Part shown: one piece after another, positions 46,921-56,391 of the stretch
How the letters are laid out: every line of letters begins with the position of its first letter
Position numbering within the stretch: position 1 is the first letter of the stretch
Assembly (NCBI GenBank): GCA_030649835.1
Contig: JAUSES010000035.1
Location: forward strand, 19,590 to 83,589
Length of the DNA stretch: 64,000 nt
Direction of reading: 5' to 3'
From: a bacterium
GTDB taxonomy: Bacteria; Patescibacteriota; Minisyncoccia; Phycocordibacterales; UBA1550
Notes under the pieces: generated by a model
Seen by the model: only the letters and a program-made list of their open reading frames with translations
What the model was told of the DNA's origin: nothing
The model's database searches: none
Program-made: the position numbers and the translations under genes

Positions 46921-47781
46921 CTAACTCTCAAGCCTTGTCTTAATTTTTTCAATATCTCCATATGTTTCCTCTAGTAACTTTATGTCTTTTTTTGAAGAAA
47001 TTAGTAGATCATTATTCTTTGCCTCAAAACTGCGGAGGAGGTTGCCTCCTAATTTGTCTCCCACGACACGTTCATATTCCTCGCGAAAGGCTGCGAAGTC
47101 CTTTATAAAACAGTGTCCCCCTGCGCCCCGTCCTGTTTTGTGTACGGGGTTCATGTGCGACGACCCAATGCGCGCATCGCTTGCAACTCCGTCACGCACC
47201 GCTTCCCATGAGCCTCCTTCTTTTAGTGCGAGATCATAAAGCATATTCATAAACACAACCTTCGTGTAAAGAAACGCGTTTGCGCCGTACTTAATGAGCT
47301 CAGACTCGCGTGCGGTACAAATGTTTTCATAGGGTGCGCGGGGTAATAGTTCCATCACTTGGTCTGCAGCACGTCTGTACCTTTCGTTAAAAAATGGAAC
47401 ACCAATAATATTTCGAGAAGGATTCGCCACATCGTGAACTACTGTCGCCTCAACTAAAAACTCTGGAGAATGAAGAACAACTATATTTGGATTCTCCTTT
47501 TGGATCGACTCCGTCGTCCCTGGAAGAATCGTTGATTTGATCACTGCAGTTTTCCCTGCTCCGACAAGCGAGACCACCATGCGCACAATTGAATCATCAA
47601 ACCCCTGTGTCGTTGTTGGAGTTGGTACAGCAATAAATACCACGTCACACAGAGCAATAGTTTCCTTGTTTAAATCATACGGTTCTTCCTTCGCATAACG
47701 CACCACTTCATAGCCACGCTCTTCAAAATTGTCCGCATAATTTTTACCAATCCACCCTTGTCCGATAAATCCAATTTTCAT
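46921..47781 (-). CDS. nucleotide-sugar dehydrogenase (UDP-glucose/GDP-mannose dehydrogenase family), lacking the C-terminal UDP-binding domain
   Basis: KIGFIGQGWIGKNY, VFIAVPTP, IKSTILPGTT, and catalytic-Cys motif GGHCFIKD. Start placed at MKIGF (47781) where CTCTAATGGG abuts the ATG. The ORF-track start is 47868. Confidence 0.5.
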   Translation of the reverse strand: MKIGFIGQGWIGKNYADNFEERGYEVVRYAKEEPYDLNKETIALCDVVFIAVPTPTTTQGFDDSIVRMVVSLVGAGKTAVIKSTILPGTTESIQKENPNIVVLHSPEFLVEATVVHDVANPSRNIIGVPFFNERYRRAADQVMELLPRAPYENICTARESELIKYGANAFLYTKVVFMNMLYDLALKEGGSWEAVRDGVASDARIGSSHMNPVHKTGRGAGGHCFIKDFAAFREEYERVVGDKLGGNLLRSFEAKNNDLLISSKKDIKLLEETYGDIEKIKTRLES

Positions 47782-47793
47782 CCCATTAGAGGT
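47782..47793 (-). promoter_or_regulatory. start-codon-adjacent motif (variant CCUACCUCUAAUGGG-AUG)
   Basis: Complementary to 47882-47893 with one G·U wobble, which works only in minus-sense RNA. Confidence 0.45.
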
Positions 47794-47881
47794 AGGGCGC
47801 GACGAATCTTTGTCCATAGAATTATCTGTAGAGCTTTTAGTTATTTTATTCTTCGTGATTTTTGTCATATTTGCAGTCGTG

Positions 47882-47893
47882 ACCTCTAACGGG
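47882..47893 (-). promoter_or_regulatory. distal partner motif ACCTCTAACGGG
   Basis: 88 nt upstream (minus sense) of its partner. Same spacing as the pair near 49 kb. Confidence 0.45.
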
Positions 47894-47906
47894 ACACGTA
47901 ATTTCT

Positions 47907-49034
47907 CTATATTAGCAGGAAACTGGTGTCTCTGCGAATGTGGTCATCCCATGACTTTTTATATGTAGCAAGGTATTCTTCCTTGCTGGATAATACTGGT
48001 ATTTTTACTGTCAATCTTACATTATTAGAGATCAGGCTCTCCATGGCACGAACAAGCGCCTGAGAGTCGCCTACGGGCACTATAAGGCCATTTTCGTTGT
48101 CTTTTACTACTTCCCCTGCACAACCCACATCAGTCATTATGACAGGGCATCCCGCAGAAAGCGCCTCCACAACCGTCATGCCATATCCCTCGTAATTTGA
48201 AGTAAGGAGAAAAATATCAGCAGAGCGATAATATGGTGAAAGGTCCTTCTGCCAACTCTCAAATAGAACGTTCTTCTCAAGGCTGTATTCTCTTACTAAA
48301 CTTTTCAGGTGCGTTTCCTCTGTGCCCTCCCCCACAATGACAAGTCCTGCCTGTGGATATTTTTTGATCACCGCGCGCATAGCATCAAGTGCCATGTCAA
48401 TATTTTTTTCTTGCGCAAGTCGCGAGGCAACGAGAATGACTTTGTTGAACTGAGGATATTTTTTCCTTAAATCGGGTTCGGAGGCATGGTTAGTATTTTC
48501 GATGTTACTAGTAATCGGAAGCACCGTTATTGATGTATTCTTTTTTACTATACTTTCAATTGATTTTTTAATGCGCATTGAAACAACACGAATTGCGTGA
48601 GCTCGGGGAATCAAAAATTTTGCTAGCATCACTCGGATACGATTTACCATTGATTCATTTCTAAAATACGGACTCATCACATCTGTGTGAATTTGCAGAT
48701 GTAAGTGCGATTTAAATATGCGAGCAATAATGTATCCTGCAAATCCAGCCTCAAATGGATCTTGCGTTGTCACGACATCGATCATCACGCCACGACGCCT
48801 CAGTTTAAGCGCAAATAAAATAGCAGAAGCAATATAAAAAAATTTACTAATGGAGTTGGTCGGGTAGAGAAAAATATTTGGCTCAATTACCTCATCGTGA
48901 AGTCCAAGACTTTTTTTTGCGAACACAATGACATGGAGCTCTTCTATAAGTCCTCCATACTCAAGAAGCCGCGATCGCACAGCGCTCCCTTTTTCAAAAA
49001 CCATGCGGTCCGTTGAGATAGATAAAACCTTCAT
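47907..49034 (-). CDS. GT4 glycosyltransferase
   Basis: EGYGMTVVEALSAGCPVIMTDVG. CTCTAACGGG abuts the ATG. Confidence 0.7.
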   Translation of the reverse strand: MKVLSISTDRMVFEKGSAVRSRLLEYGGLIEELHVIVFAKKSLGLHDEVIEPNIFLYPTNSISKFFYIASAILFALKLRRRGVMIDVVTTQDPFEAGFAGYIIARIFKSHLHLQIHTDVMSPYFRNESMVNRIRVMLAKFLIPRAHAIRVVSMRIKKSIESIVKKNTSITVLPITSNIENTNHASEPDLRKKYPQFNKVILVASRLAQEKNIDMALDAMRAVIKKYPQAGLVIVGEGTEETHLKSLVREYSLEKNVLFESWQKDLSPYYRSADIFLLTSNYEGYGMTVVEALSAGCPVIMTDVGCAGEVVKDNENGLIVPVGDSQALVRAMESLISNNVRLTVKIPVLSSKEEYLATYKKSWDDHIRRDTSFLLI

Positions 49035-49046
49035 CCCGTTAGAGAC
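49035..49046 (-). promoter_or_regulatory. start-codon-adjacent motif (CCUGUCUCUAACGGG-AUG)
   Basis: Perfect 12-nt complement of 49135-49146. Carries compensatory changes relative to the 8.9-kb pair. Confidence 0.5.
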
Positions 49047-49134
49047 AGGAGATAAAATCTCCGTGTCTAATTACATTAAACTGCCAATAATATTTATTCA
49101 ACATATGTTTATATTAACAAAAAATAACATGAGG

Positions 49135-49146
49135 GTCTCTAACGGG
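49135..49146 (-). promoter_or_regulatory. distal partner motif GTCTCTAACGGG, nested in a local hairpin ATGAGGG...CCCTCAT
   Basis: Lies in the divergent intergenic region between 47907..49034 and 49199..50344. Confidence 0.5.
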
Positions 49147-49198
49147 ATTCATACCCCTCATAGTACCACAAATAGAGCTGTGATATACTGGGGAAATT

Positions 49199-50344
49199 AT
49201 GAAAATCCTCATCGCGACCCCCATTTATCCCCCAGAAATTGGCGGTCCTGCTACGTATATTAAAGAGCTCTGTGGACACCTTTCGGGCTCAAATGAAATA
49301 ACCGTTATTGCATATACCAACAGCGCTGATGCTTTCCCCAATACACGGCTCGTGCCAGTCGGCAAAGGTCGCCCACTTCCTATTCGATTGGCTATTTTTT
49401 TTCTAAAACTACTTAGAGAGGTTAAAAAAACAAAGCCAGATGTAATGTACGTCCAAAACGCAATGGCCGCGGGACTTCCTGTTGCACTCGTACACCTTCT
49501 AACTAAAGTTCCTTTTGTACTTAAATTTGTAGGAGACGAAGCGTGGGAGCGTGCAACGGGGCGGAAGCGCACAAAAAAACGTCTCGAAGAATTTATGGCG
49601 GACCCTGACGGAGGAATTAAAATTCGCTTGATGATGATGATTCAAGGATTTGTTCTTCGCCGTGCGAGCGTCGTCACGACACCATCGGCATATTTAAGTG
49701 AAGCACTCATTCGAACCTATGACGTAAAAAAAGAAAACGCAGTTGTAAATTATAATGCAGCTGAGCGACCCGAAAGCATACCTTTTCCGACCACGCGCAA
49801 ACCGCACCAGATAGCCACAACCGCACGACTTGTTGCATGGAAGGGCATTGGTGGTATCATTCGCGCTCTCGCAATCATTAAAAAAAGTTTCCCTGATGCG
49901 CGCCTTGTCATTGCGGGAGACGGGCCTCTGCTTGAAAATTTGCAAAAGATTGCGGAAGATTTTGAAGTTTTAGATAGTGTCACGTTCCTCGGAAATGTGT
50001 CCCGTGCCGAAACATGGCAACTTCGCAAAAATTCTGAAGTGTATGTTCTAAACTCAACATACGAGGGGCTCCCCCACACCGCACTTACAAGCTTTGCCGC
50101 CGAGATTCCTATGGTAGCAACCAACATCCCCGGCACTAACGAGGCCGTCTACCATGAAAAAACAGGGCTTCTCGTAGAAGCTGGCGATGACATAGAACTT
50201 GCAAAAGCAGTGGAGCGTCTTTTTACTAACAAAAAATTAGCGGAACAATTGGCAAAAGATGCCACCTTGCTTCTCAAAGAGAAGTTCTCATGGGAAGCGC
50301 ACACAAAAACCCTACTTAATATTTTTAAATCTGTTCTCGCGTAG
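49199..50344 (+). CDS. GT4 glycosyltransferase
   Basis: EGLPHTALTSFAAEIPMVATNIPGTNEAV. Confidence 0.7.
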   Translation: MKILIATPIYPPEIGGPATYIKELCGHLSGSNEITVIAYTNSADAFPNTRLVPVGKGRPLPIRLAIFFLKLLREVKKTKPDVMYVQNAMAAGLPVALVHLLTKVPFVLKFVGDEAWERATGRKRTKKRLEEFMADPDGGIKIRLMMMIQGFVLRRASVVTTPSAYLSEALIRTYDVKKENAVVNYNAAERPESIPFPTTRKPHQIATTARLVAWKGIGGIIRALAIIKKSFPDARLVIAGDGPLLENLQKIAEDFEVLDSVTFLGNVSRAETWQLRKNSEVYVLNSTYEGLPHTALTSFAAEIPMVATNIPGTNEAVYHEKTGLLVEAGDDIELAKAVERLFTNKKLAEQLAKDATLLLKEKFSWEAHTKTLLNIFKSVLA

Positions 50345-51304
50345 CCACTTTACAAACTTCATAATCCCCTCTTCGAGTGACACCTGTTGCTCCCAACCCA
50401 AAACTTTTTTTGCTTTGTTTGTATTTGCAAATGTAGATTCTACGCTCGCATGATGACTAGGGCGGCTCTTAGCAATTGCTTTTTTATCAAGTGCTTTTTC
50501 AACAAGTGAGAGGAGTTTTTTTAACGTAACCGGTTTTGAATTTCCAATATTAAAAATCTCGTAGCTTCCTTTCGAGCTAAGTGCGAGCTCAATTGCGTGA
50601 ACGATATCGCCCACATACGTAAAATCACGCGCTCTTTTACCGGTACCGGACATCTCAATTGGCTTTCCTTTCAGGATGTTTTCTACCCATTTATAGATCA
50701 CGAGGTCTGGACGTTGACGCTCTCCATATGCATTAAAAAGGCGTAGGCACACTACGGGGAGTTTAAAATTATGCGCGTATGTGTGCGCGAGGACTTCCCC
50801 TGCCTTCTTGCTCGAACCATAAGGAGCGAGCGGGAAATCTGTTGAGCTTAATTCTGAAAATGGAGACTTTGCACTGTTGCCATAGACAGACGAGGAAGAA
50901 GTAAAAATAAATTTCTTAACTTTTTGGTCTTTTGAAAGCTCCAGGAGATTGAGGGTTCCGTGTATATTCACCGTTTCATATTCTTCTGGATCTTTCACTG
51001 AAAGGCGAGCGTTTGCCTTTGCTGCTATGTGCACCACGTGCGTCGGCACTTCTTTTATAAAAATTTTTTCTAGCGCAGAAAAATTGCGAATATCTGTTTT
51101 ATAAAACTTAAATTTCTCATTCTTCAAAAAAGGCTTGATATTCTCTCTCTTAAATGCAGGATCATAAAATGGGTCCAGGTTGTCTACGCAGACCACACGG
51201 TCCACATTTTTGCGTTTCAGGAGTGTTTCTATGAGGTTTGAGCCGATAAATCCCGCCCCACCGGTGACAAATACTGTCTGTGATTTTTTATTTTTGGTGC
51301 TCAT
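50312..51304 (-). CDS. NAD-dependent nucleotide-sugar epimerase (WbpP/GalE-like)
   Basis: QTVFVTGGAGFIGSNLIETLL. Start placed at MSTKNKK (51304). Confidence 0.75.
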   Translation of the reverse strand: MSTKNKKSQTVFVTGGAGFIGSNLIETLLKRKNVDRVVCVDNLDPFYDPAFKRENIKPFLKNEKFKFYKTDIRNFSALEKIFIKEVPTHVVHIAAKANARLSVKDPEEYETVNIHGTLNLLELSKDQKVKKFIFTSSSSVYGNSAKSPFSELSSTDFPLAPYGSSKKAGEVLAHTYAHNFKLPVVCLRLFNAYGERQRPDLVIYKWVENILKGKPIEMSGTGKRARDFTYVGDIVHAIELALSSKGSYEIFNIGNSKPVTLKKLLSLVEKALDKKAIAKSRPSHHASVESTFANTNKAKKVLGWEQQVSLEEGIMKFVKWLRENRFKNIK

Positions 51305-51335
51305 ATACGTAGTATACAGATTAATTTGAGGTAGG

Positions 51336-51363
51336 GTGGTTGGCGGGCAGGCCCGCCCCACCA
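51336..51363. promoter_or_regulatory. GC-rich hairpin GGTGG-tt-GGCGGGC-ag-GCCCGCC-cc-ACC in a divergent intergenic region
   Basis: 7-bp GC stem extended by GGTGG/CCACC. Unusual GC island in AT-rich spacer, 30 nt upstream of the 50312..51304 start. Confidence 0.35.
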
Positions 51364-51425
51364 GTAACTAAAATTGTTTTCATAAGGTTGTAAAAAATGC
51401 TCTGTCATTATAGGATACAATTACC

Positions 51426-52520
51426 GTGAAATCAACACAGAAGAACGAATCCTTGGAAACCACAAGGAAAGGTGAGATTGAGAAAATTTCTAGTATTTTA
51501 GGGGAAATTGGATTTTCTCTAAAAGACGACCAACCTCATCTCAGTGGGGAACGCTATCTCATGACAAAGGACAAATTGGTTCTTTTGGGAGAACACATAA
51601 AGAATAATGAGCGTGTGATAATAAAGACAAGTAAACACCCCAATGGACGCAAGGAGATTGAAACTGAAAAAAATACACGCGACCTTTTAAAGTCTCTTTC
51701 TTTCACTAAAAAAAATATTATGCTTCCTGCGGAGCTTTATTATGCAGAGCATGATGGTTTCCTTGTTTGGATTACTTCGTATGTACCACAAGAAAAAGTA
51801 TTCGTTGCACACACTCTTGAAGAGCAGTTTTTTCTTGCATTACGCGCATTTGAAGCTCAGGAGGCTTTTCATGCTGCAACATTTGAACACCTTCGTACTA
51901 TTAAGAATACATTTCCTGTTTTTGATGCAGACAAAAATGTTGAAAAATTTGAGTTTTTTAAGAAAAAGATTGAAGAGAATTTTCCAAATAAAAATCTCTC
52001 CTCAACACTTGAAACAGCAACTCATTTTTTGAAATCCAATAAACCGATAATAGACCGATATTCAAGGTATCTCGTTCATCAAGATTTTGTGCCACACAAC
52101 TTTAGAATAAAGAATAGCGAGGTCTATATGCTCGACTGTTCTGCGGTATATTTTTCAAACAAATATGAAGGATGGGCGCGCTTTCTAAACTATATGCTCA
52201 TACATAACCCGAAGCTTGAAAAACTTCTTACTAGATATATTTTAGACAATCGAGGTGAGGAAGAATATTTGAGTTTGCGCCTCATGCGAGTACTTAAAGT
52301 TGCCGAGCTCCTTGAATACTACACGCGGTCACTCAAGAAAACTGAAGGAAATTTGCGTCTTCTTACTGAGGTCCGTATAGAATTTTGGCACGATGTACTC
52401 AAGGCATTACCTACTAACAAAGAACTCGCAGACAACATCCGCAGCGATTACCTTACAAAAAGAGACTCACTTCGCTCTGTAGAAGAAAAAGAACGCCAAC
52501 GAGAATTTGCCTTAGCCTAA
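51426..52520 (+). CDS. protein kinase-like phosphotransferase (APH/choline-kinase fold)
   Basis: LVHQDFVPHNFRI matches the catalytic-loop HGDxxxxN motif of the APH/ChoK family. Confidence 0.5.
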   Translation: MKSTQKNESLETTRKGEIEKISSILGEIGFSLKDDQPHLSGERYLMTKDKLVLLGEHIKNNERVIIKTSKHPNGRKEIETEKNTRDLLKSLSFTKKNIMLPAELYYAEHDGFLVWITSYVPQEKVFVAHTLEEQFFLALRAFEAQEAFHAATFEHLRTIKNTFPVFDADKNVEKFEFFKKKIEENFPNKNLSSTLETATHFLKSNKPIIDRYSRYLVHQDFVPHNFRIKNSEVYMLDCSAVYFSNKYEGWARFLNYMLIHNPKLEKLLTRYILDNRGEEEYLSLRLMRVLKVAELLEYYTRSLKKTEGNLRLLTEVRIEFWHDVLKALPTNKELADNIRSDYLTKRDSLRSVEEKERQREFALA

Positions 52521-53312
52521 AAGCGAGAGTACGGCCTTCTCAATACTCTCATTGTTGGACATAAATACTTTTTGCGGCTCTTTTGAGAACGTAATCGCAT
52601 CGCCATTTTTATTTACCACACGACCGCCTGCTTCAACAAGGATACCTATCGCACTCGCAATATCAAAAGTAGAGAGTCTTCCGTAAATGTTTGCTTCCAC
52701 GCGTCCAGAAGCCACAAAACAGGTATCAAGCGCAGAACCCCCAAAATTGCCCGATTTATTTGCGTTTGCGAGAAGCCTTTCGTATCCTTCACCACCCCAC
52801 TTCCATAGCTCTGGCTTTCTTCCCGCTTTAAATAATACCTGAGCTTTCTTGAGGTCAGTTATTTTGGAAACCTCTATCCTCTCTCCATTCAAATATGCAC
52901 CTTCGCCTTTTTTAAAACTAAACATTTCGCGCGTGATGGGGTTATAAACAACACCGAGTACAGGAACACCCTTATACAAAAGCCCTACGCAAATTGCAAA
53001 GTGCGGAATGTGTCTCGCAAAATTTGCAGAGCCATCTATTGGGTCTATTGCCCACACGTATTCCCCGCTTAATAGTTCTGGTCCAGGACCTGAATCTGCT
53101 GATTCAGAGCCCTCCTCAGAATAAATACCGTACGTTGGAAATTCATTCTTAAGCGCGGTTACCAAAAAATCATTCACTACAATATCAACCGCGGTCACAA
53201 TGTCTCTTGGATCATTGTTTTTCATAGTCACCGAAAAAGTCTCTTTTGATTGTTTCAACAAAAGTTCGCCTGCATTCTTTACCAGCGCGAGTACAAAATC
53301 ATAAGTATTCAT
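52512..53312 (-). CDS. inositol monophosphatase family protein
   Basis: WAIDPIDGSANFARHIPHFAICVGL (IMPase motif). Start placed at MNTYDF because the ORF-track start overlaps the upstream terminator hairpin. Confidence 0.7.
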   Translation of the reverse strand: MNTYDFVLALVKNAGELLLKQSKETFSVTMKNNDPRDIVTAVDIVVNDFLVTALKNEFPTYGIYSEEGSESADSGPGPELLSGEYVWAIDPIDGSANFARHIPHFAICVGLLYKGVPVLGVVYNPITREMFSFKKGEGAYLNGERIEVSKITDLKKAQVLFKAGRKPELWKWGGEGYERLLANANKSGNFGGSALDTCFVASGRVEANIYGRLSTFDIASAIGILVEAGGRVVNKNGDAITFSKEPQKVFMSNNESIEKAVLSLLG

Positions 53313-53344
53313 TCCTTTATCATACTCGTTTGTGTAAAAATTGG

Positions 53345-53373
53345 CAAAAAAATGCTCCCTGCAAGCAGGGAGC
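53345..53373 (-). terminator. intrinsic terminator (GCTCCCTGC-aa-GCAGGGAGC + U7)
   Basis: 9-bp stem followed by U-run on the minus strand, downstream of 53391..54158. Confidence 0.6.
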
Positions 53374-53390
53374 ACACGCTCAGAGCGATT

Positions 53391-54158
53391 TCAAACTTGC
53401 TGTGGGTAGCCTGCCAAAATACCGCTACGGATGAAGGAGAAGTCAGCTTCCATGCGATCTAATTCTATTTGTTGTAGTCCAAGCTTTTTCGATATAATTT
53501 CATCGTGATGAAGCCTCGCTTCAGCAGTTTGCCGAATATTAAGTGTAGGCTTTAATTTTGGATTGAGAATTGCAATACATGGGCCATGTTCGCAAATCAA
53601 TCTTACTGACGGAGCAATCTCCTCAACAGTAGTTTCGGAATCAAACCCTCCAACGTCGCGAAGCGCCTTGATGTCCCACCCTGCAAACGTGTTTTGCACA
53701 CGCCCACCGAGAACAACATCCTGAAGCTCGTCCACCGCAACACCAACAACTTTTGCGCCCTTGTCGAATGCCTCGAGCATTGCTACCATTGTATCTGTCG
53801 TCAATGCTTCTATGGCCTTGTTCGAAATAATGACGGCATAGTCAAACGAGGACAAGTCGAGAATTGTAATCCCCACATTAAGGGCTCCGCATGAATGATG
53901 CCCCGAGGCCTCTTGGACCAGTGTGCTGACATCGCAGTCTTCAAAAAGATTGATTTCTTTTGGCAGAGCTCTGTAGGTTTCCCCACAATCGTAATCTCGC
54001 GGAACAAGAACAACAATAGCCTGAAATATCGCTTCGCCGTCTGGATAATACAAGCTGTTAGCATGTGCGATACTTTTTTGAGCGCGAGCTACAACACCTG
54101 CGACATCTTCTGGGGTTTTTGCATAGCTTCTCAAAAGTAGTCCTATTTTCTTACTCAA
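53391..54158 (-). CDS. hypothetical protein (possible nucleotidyltransferase-like fold)
   Basis: 255 aa with no confident motif. Followed by its own terminator. Confidence 0.35.
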   Translation of the reverse strand: MSKKIGLLLRSYAKTPEDVAGVVARAQKSIAHANSLYYPDGEAIFQAIVVLVPRDYDCGETYRALPKEINLFEDCDVSTLVQEASGHHSCGALNVGITILDLSSFDYAVIISNKAIEALTTDTMVAMLEAFDKGAKVVGVAVDELQDVVLGGRVQNTFAGWDIKALRDVGGFDSETTVEEIAPSVRLICEHGPCIAILNPKLKPTLNIRQTAEARLHHDEIISKKLGLQQIELDRMEADFSFIRSGILAGYPQQV

Positions 54159-54237
54159 TTTTCATCTCCTCAGGTTGACAAAAAACTATAAAGCTTATTT
54201 CTAAGCCACCATTTACACAGCAACAATTGTATCACCT

Positions 54238-55440
54238 TTATATTATCCTGTCAAATACTTTTCCTTTCATATCGCGCGCTATGAAATCCCAATTGTAGTT
54301 TTCGGAAACTAGCTTGTATGCAGTGGCGACAACTTTTTTTACTTGTTCGGGGTGCGCGAGAATATCCTTTACCGCTTCGGCAATTTTCTCTGGACTATCT
54401 TTGTCTACAACCCACGCGGTGGTCTCTTTGTCGGGATTGCGCTTTGCATCGAAAATAAAATCTATGAGTCCCCCCTCTTGGGTCGCAATGATGGGGATGC
54501 GCGAAGCCATTGCTGAAGCAAATGAATTTCCCATTCCCTCCGAGCGACTGGGGCGCGCAAAAATATCAGAGATTGCTCTACACTCTGCAGTTTGCTTGCG
54601 GTCTACCTGCCCGGTAAACCTCACGCGAGTTTCTATTTTTAATTCTCGCGCTAGATTTTTCAACATTTCTTCATCAGGTCCACCCCCAACAACAAGCAAC
54701 TTTATGTCCTGTGGCAAACGCGAAAGAGCGCGAATAATATCATCTACTGCATTTTTTTCTACCAATCGCGAGACCGTTACAATAAAAATATCTCCTTCCT
54801 TCTTTCCATATTTTTCCTTGAGTGCTCTTATTTCGGAATCTGAATAACTTTCTTGTGCGGGAAGCGATGCGCCGTTTGGGATGAGTTCAAGTGGGCCTTT
54901 AAATCCTCTCGCGCGCGCCCAGTTGCCGAGGAAGCTAGAAATAACCTGCACGACGTCTGCCCGCGTAAATGCACGTGTAAAAAGTGGCCACAGTGGTCGC
55001 ACTGTTTTTTCGATATAGGGAATTGGATCGCCCTCTTGAAGCGTTAGTGCGTACCCAACCTTAGGGTTCAAAATTTTAAAAATTGCTGCGGGAACACCGA
55101 CAGCATGCGCCATCATTGCCCAAATACCATCGTAGTGATATTTGCGATGCAAACGTATCGCCATGAACGCGGCACTAAACTGAAAAATAAACTTGTTTAG
55201 GTGAAGTGGAAATTTCTTTAAATCTTCTGCTGTGGGACTCTGTGTTGAAAATCCAATACGGTGCACGATCACATTTCCAATTTTTTCTACTTTTGGTAAT
55301 GTGCTATCAAATCGCAAACACACCATATGAAATTCAATATCATCTGGCGAAATCCGGTCGGTAATCTCCTTGATAGCTACTTCTGCGCCCCCAACTGAAT
55401 TAGGATAGTAAGTAAGGGAAAAAATGAGAATTTTTTTCAT
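54238..55440 (-). CDS. GT4 glycosyltransferase
   Basis: GMGNSFASAMASRIPIIATQEGG. Confidence 0.7.
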   Translation of the reverse strand: MKKILIFSLTYYPNSVGGAEVAIKEITDRISPDDIEFHMVCLRFDSTLPKVEKIGNVIVHRIGFSTQSPTAEDLKKFPLHLNKFIFQFSAAFMAIRLHRKYHYDGIWAMMAHAVGVPAAIFKILNPKVGYALTLQEGDPIPYIEKTVRPLWPLFTRAFTRADVVQVISSFLGNWARARGFKGPLELIPNGASLPAQESYSDSEIRALKEKYGKKEGDIFIVTVSRLVEKNAVDDIIRALSRLPQDIKLLVVGGGPDEEMLKNLARELKIETRVRFTGQVDRKQTAECRAISDIFARPSRSEGMGNSFASAMASRIPIIATQEGGLIDFIFDAKRNPDKETTAWVVDKDSPEKIAEAVKDILAHPEQVKKVVATAYKLVSENYNWDFIARDMKGKVFDRII

Positions 55441-55452
55441 GGAAATACTACT

Positions 55453-56355
55453 TTATGTTCTGGGGTTCTTTGCTAGGAACTCGTTAACGTAGTCCTCGAG
55501 TGTCCGTGTGGCTTTCCATCCAAGCGCTTCTATCTGTGTAGTATCGATAGTAGATGACGGTCTACTCGTACTGCGGGCAGGAAGCATCGTTATCTCAGTC
55601 TTAAATAATTTTGCTACCTCCATTGTTGAATATTCTTTTGCGGAGCTAATGCCGTAGCCATCACCTAATCCTTTCTCTGCAACCAAAATAAGTGCGTCAA
55701 CAGTGTCCTCCACAGAAGTGTAGCTTCTCTTTTGTGTCCCTGGTAGTCGCATGGGTATTGGTTCGTTGTTTAAATATTTTTGCTTAAATATTTCAATGAC
55801 TGTTCCGTATTTACCCTCGAGCTCGCGTGGGCCAAATACATTATGAAAATATACAATGGCATATTTAAGGTCATACCACTCACCATAATTTTTTACAAGG
55901 TCGGTGTTTGCAGATTTTATCCATGTGTAGGGAGACAAATCCTTCCCTTCGGTGCCGTCTGCACGGGCCTCAGAGAATTTTGTGGACGAACCCGCGTACA
56001 CTAATTTAAATTTATGTTTCCTCCAAAATTCCAACACAGCGCAAGTACCATTCATGTTTAAATCCCACACGAGGTGTGGCTCCTCCATGCTTTGTGCTAC
56101 ACGAGAGTATTCCCCGAGATGAAAAACTACGTCAGGGACAAAATCTATAAGAGTTGCAATGTCCTTTGTGTGCCCCTCAATATACGTCACGCCTGTAATG
56201 TGATTTTCCTTTTTCCCCGTAAAATAATTGTCGAGCGAATAAACATTATTTGCTGGATCCATCACCAGACGCTCAACAAGATTTGACCCTATGAATCCCG
56301 CCCCACCGGTGACGAGGATGGTTTTTTTAGCAGATTTTTTAGTTGTTTCAACCAT
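55453..56355 (-). CDS. NAD-dependent epimerase/dehydratase
   Basis: KTILVTGGAGFIGSNLVERLV. Confidence 0.7.
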   Translation of the reverse strand: MVETTKKSAKKTILVTGGAGFIGSNLVERLVMDPANNVYSLDNYFTGKKENHITGVTYIEGHTKDIATLIDFVPDVVFHLGEYSRVAQSMEEPHLVWDLNMNGTCAVLEFWRKHKFKLVYAGSSTKFSEARADGTEGKDLSPYTWIKSANTDLVKNYGEWYDLKYAIVYFHNVFGPRELEGKYGTVIEIFKQKYLNNEPIPMRLPGTQKRSYTSVEDTVDALILVAEKGLGDGYGISSAKEYSTMEVAKLFKTEITMLPARSTSRPSSTIDTTQIEALGWKATRTLEDYVNEFLAKNPRT

Positions 56356-56391
56356 AATTTAGGTATTATATCACTCAATCTCCACAAAAGA

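Noticed and set aside
53313-53375. N-terminal extension of the IMPase-family ORF (start 53375)
   Set aside because: The first codons coincide with the terminator hairpin GCTCCCTGC/GCAGGGAGC plus U-tract of the upstream gene. Start moved to Met 53312.
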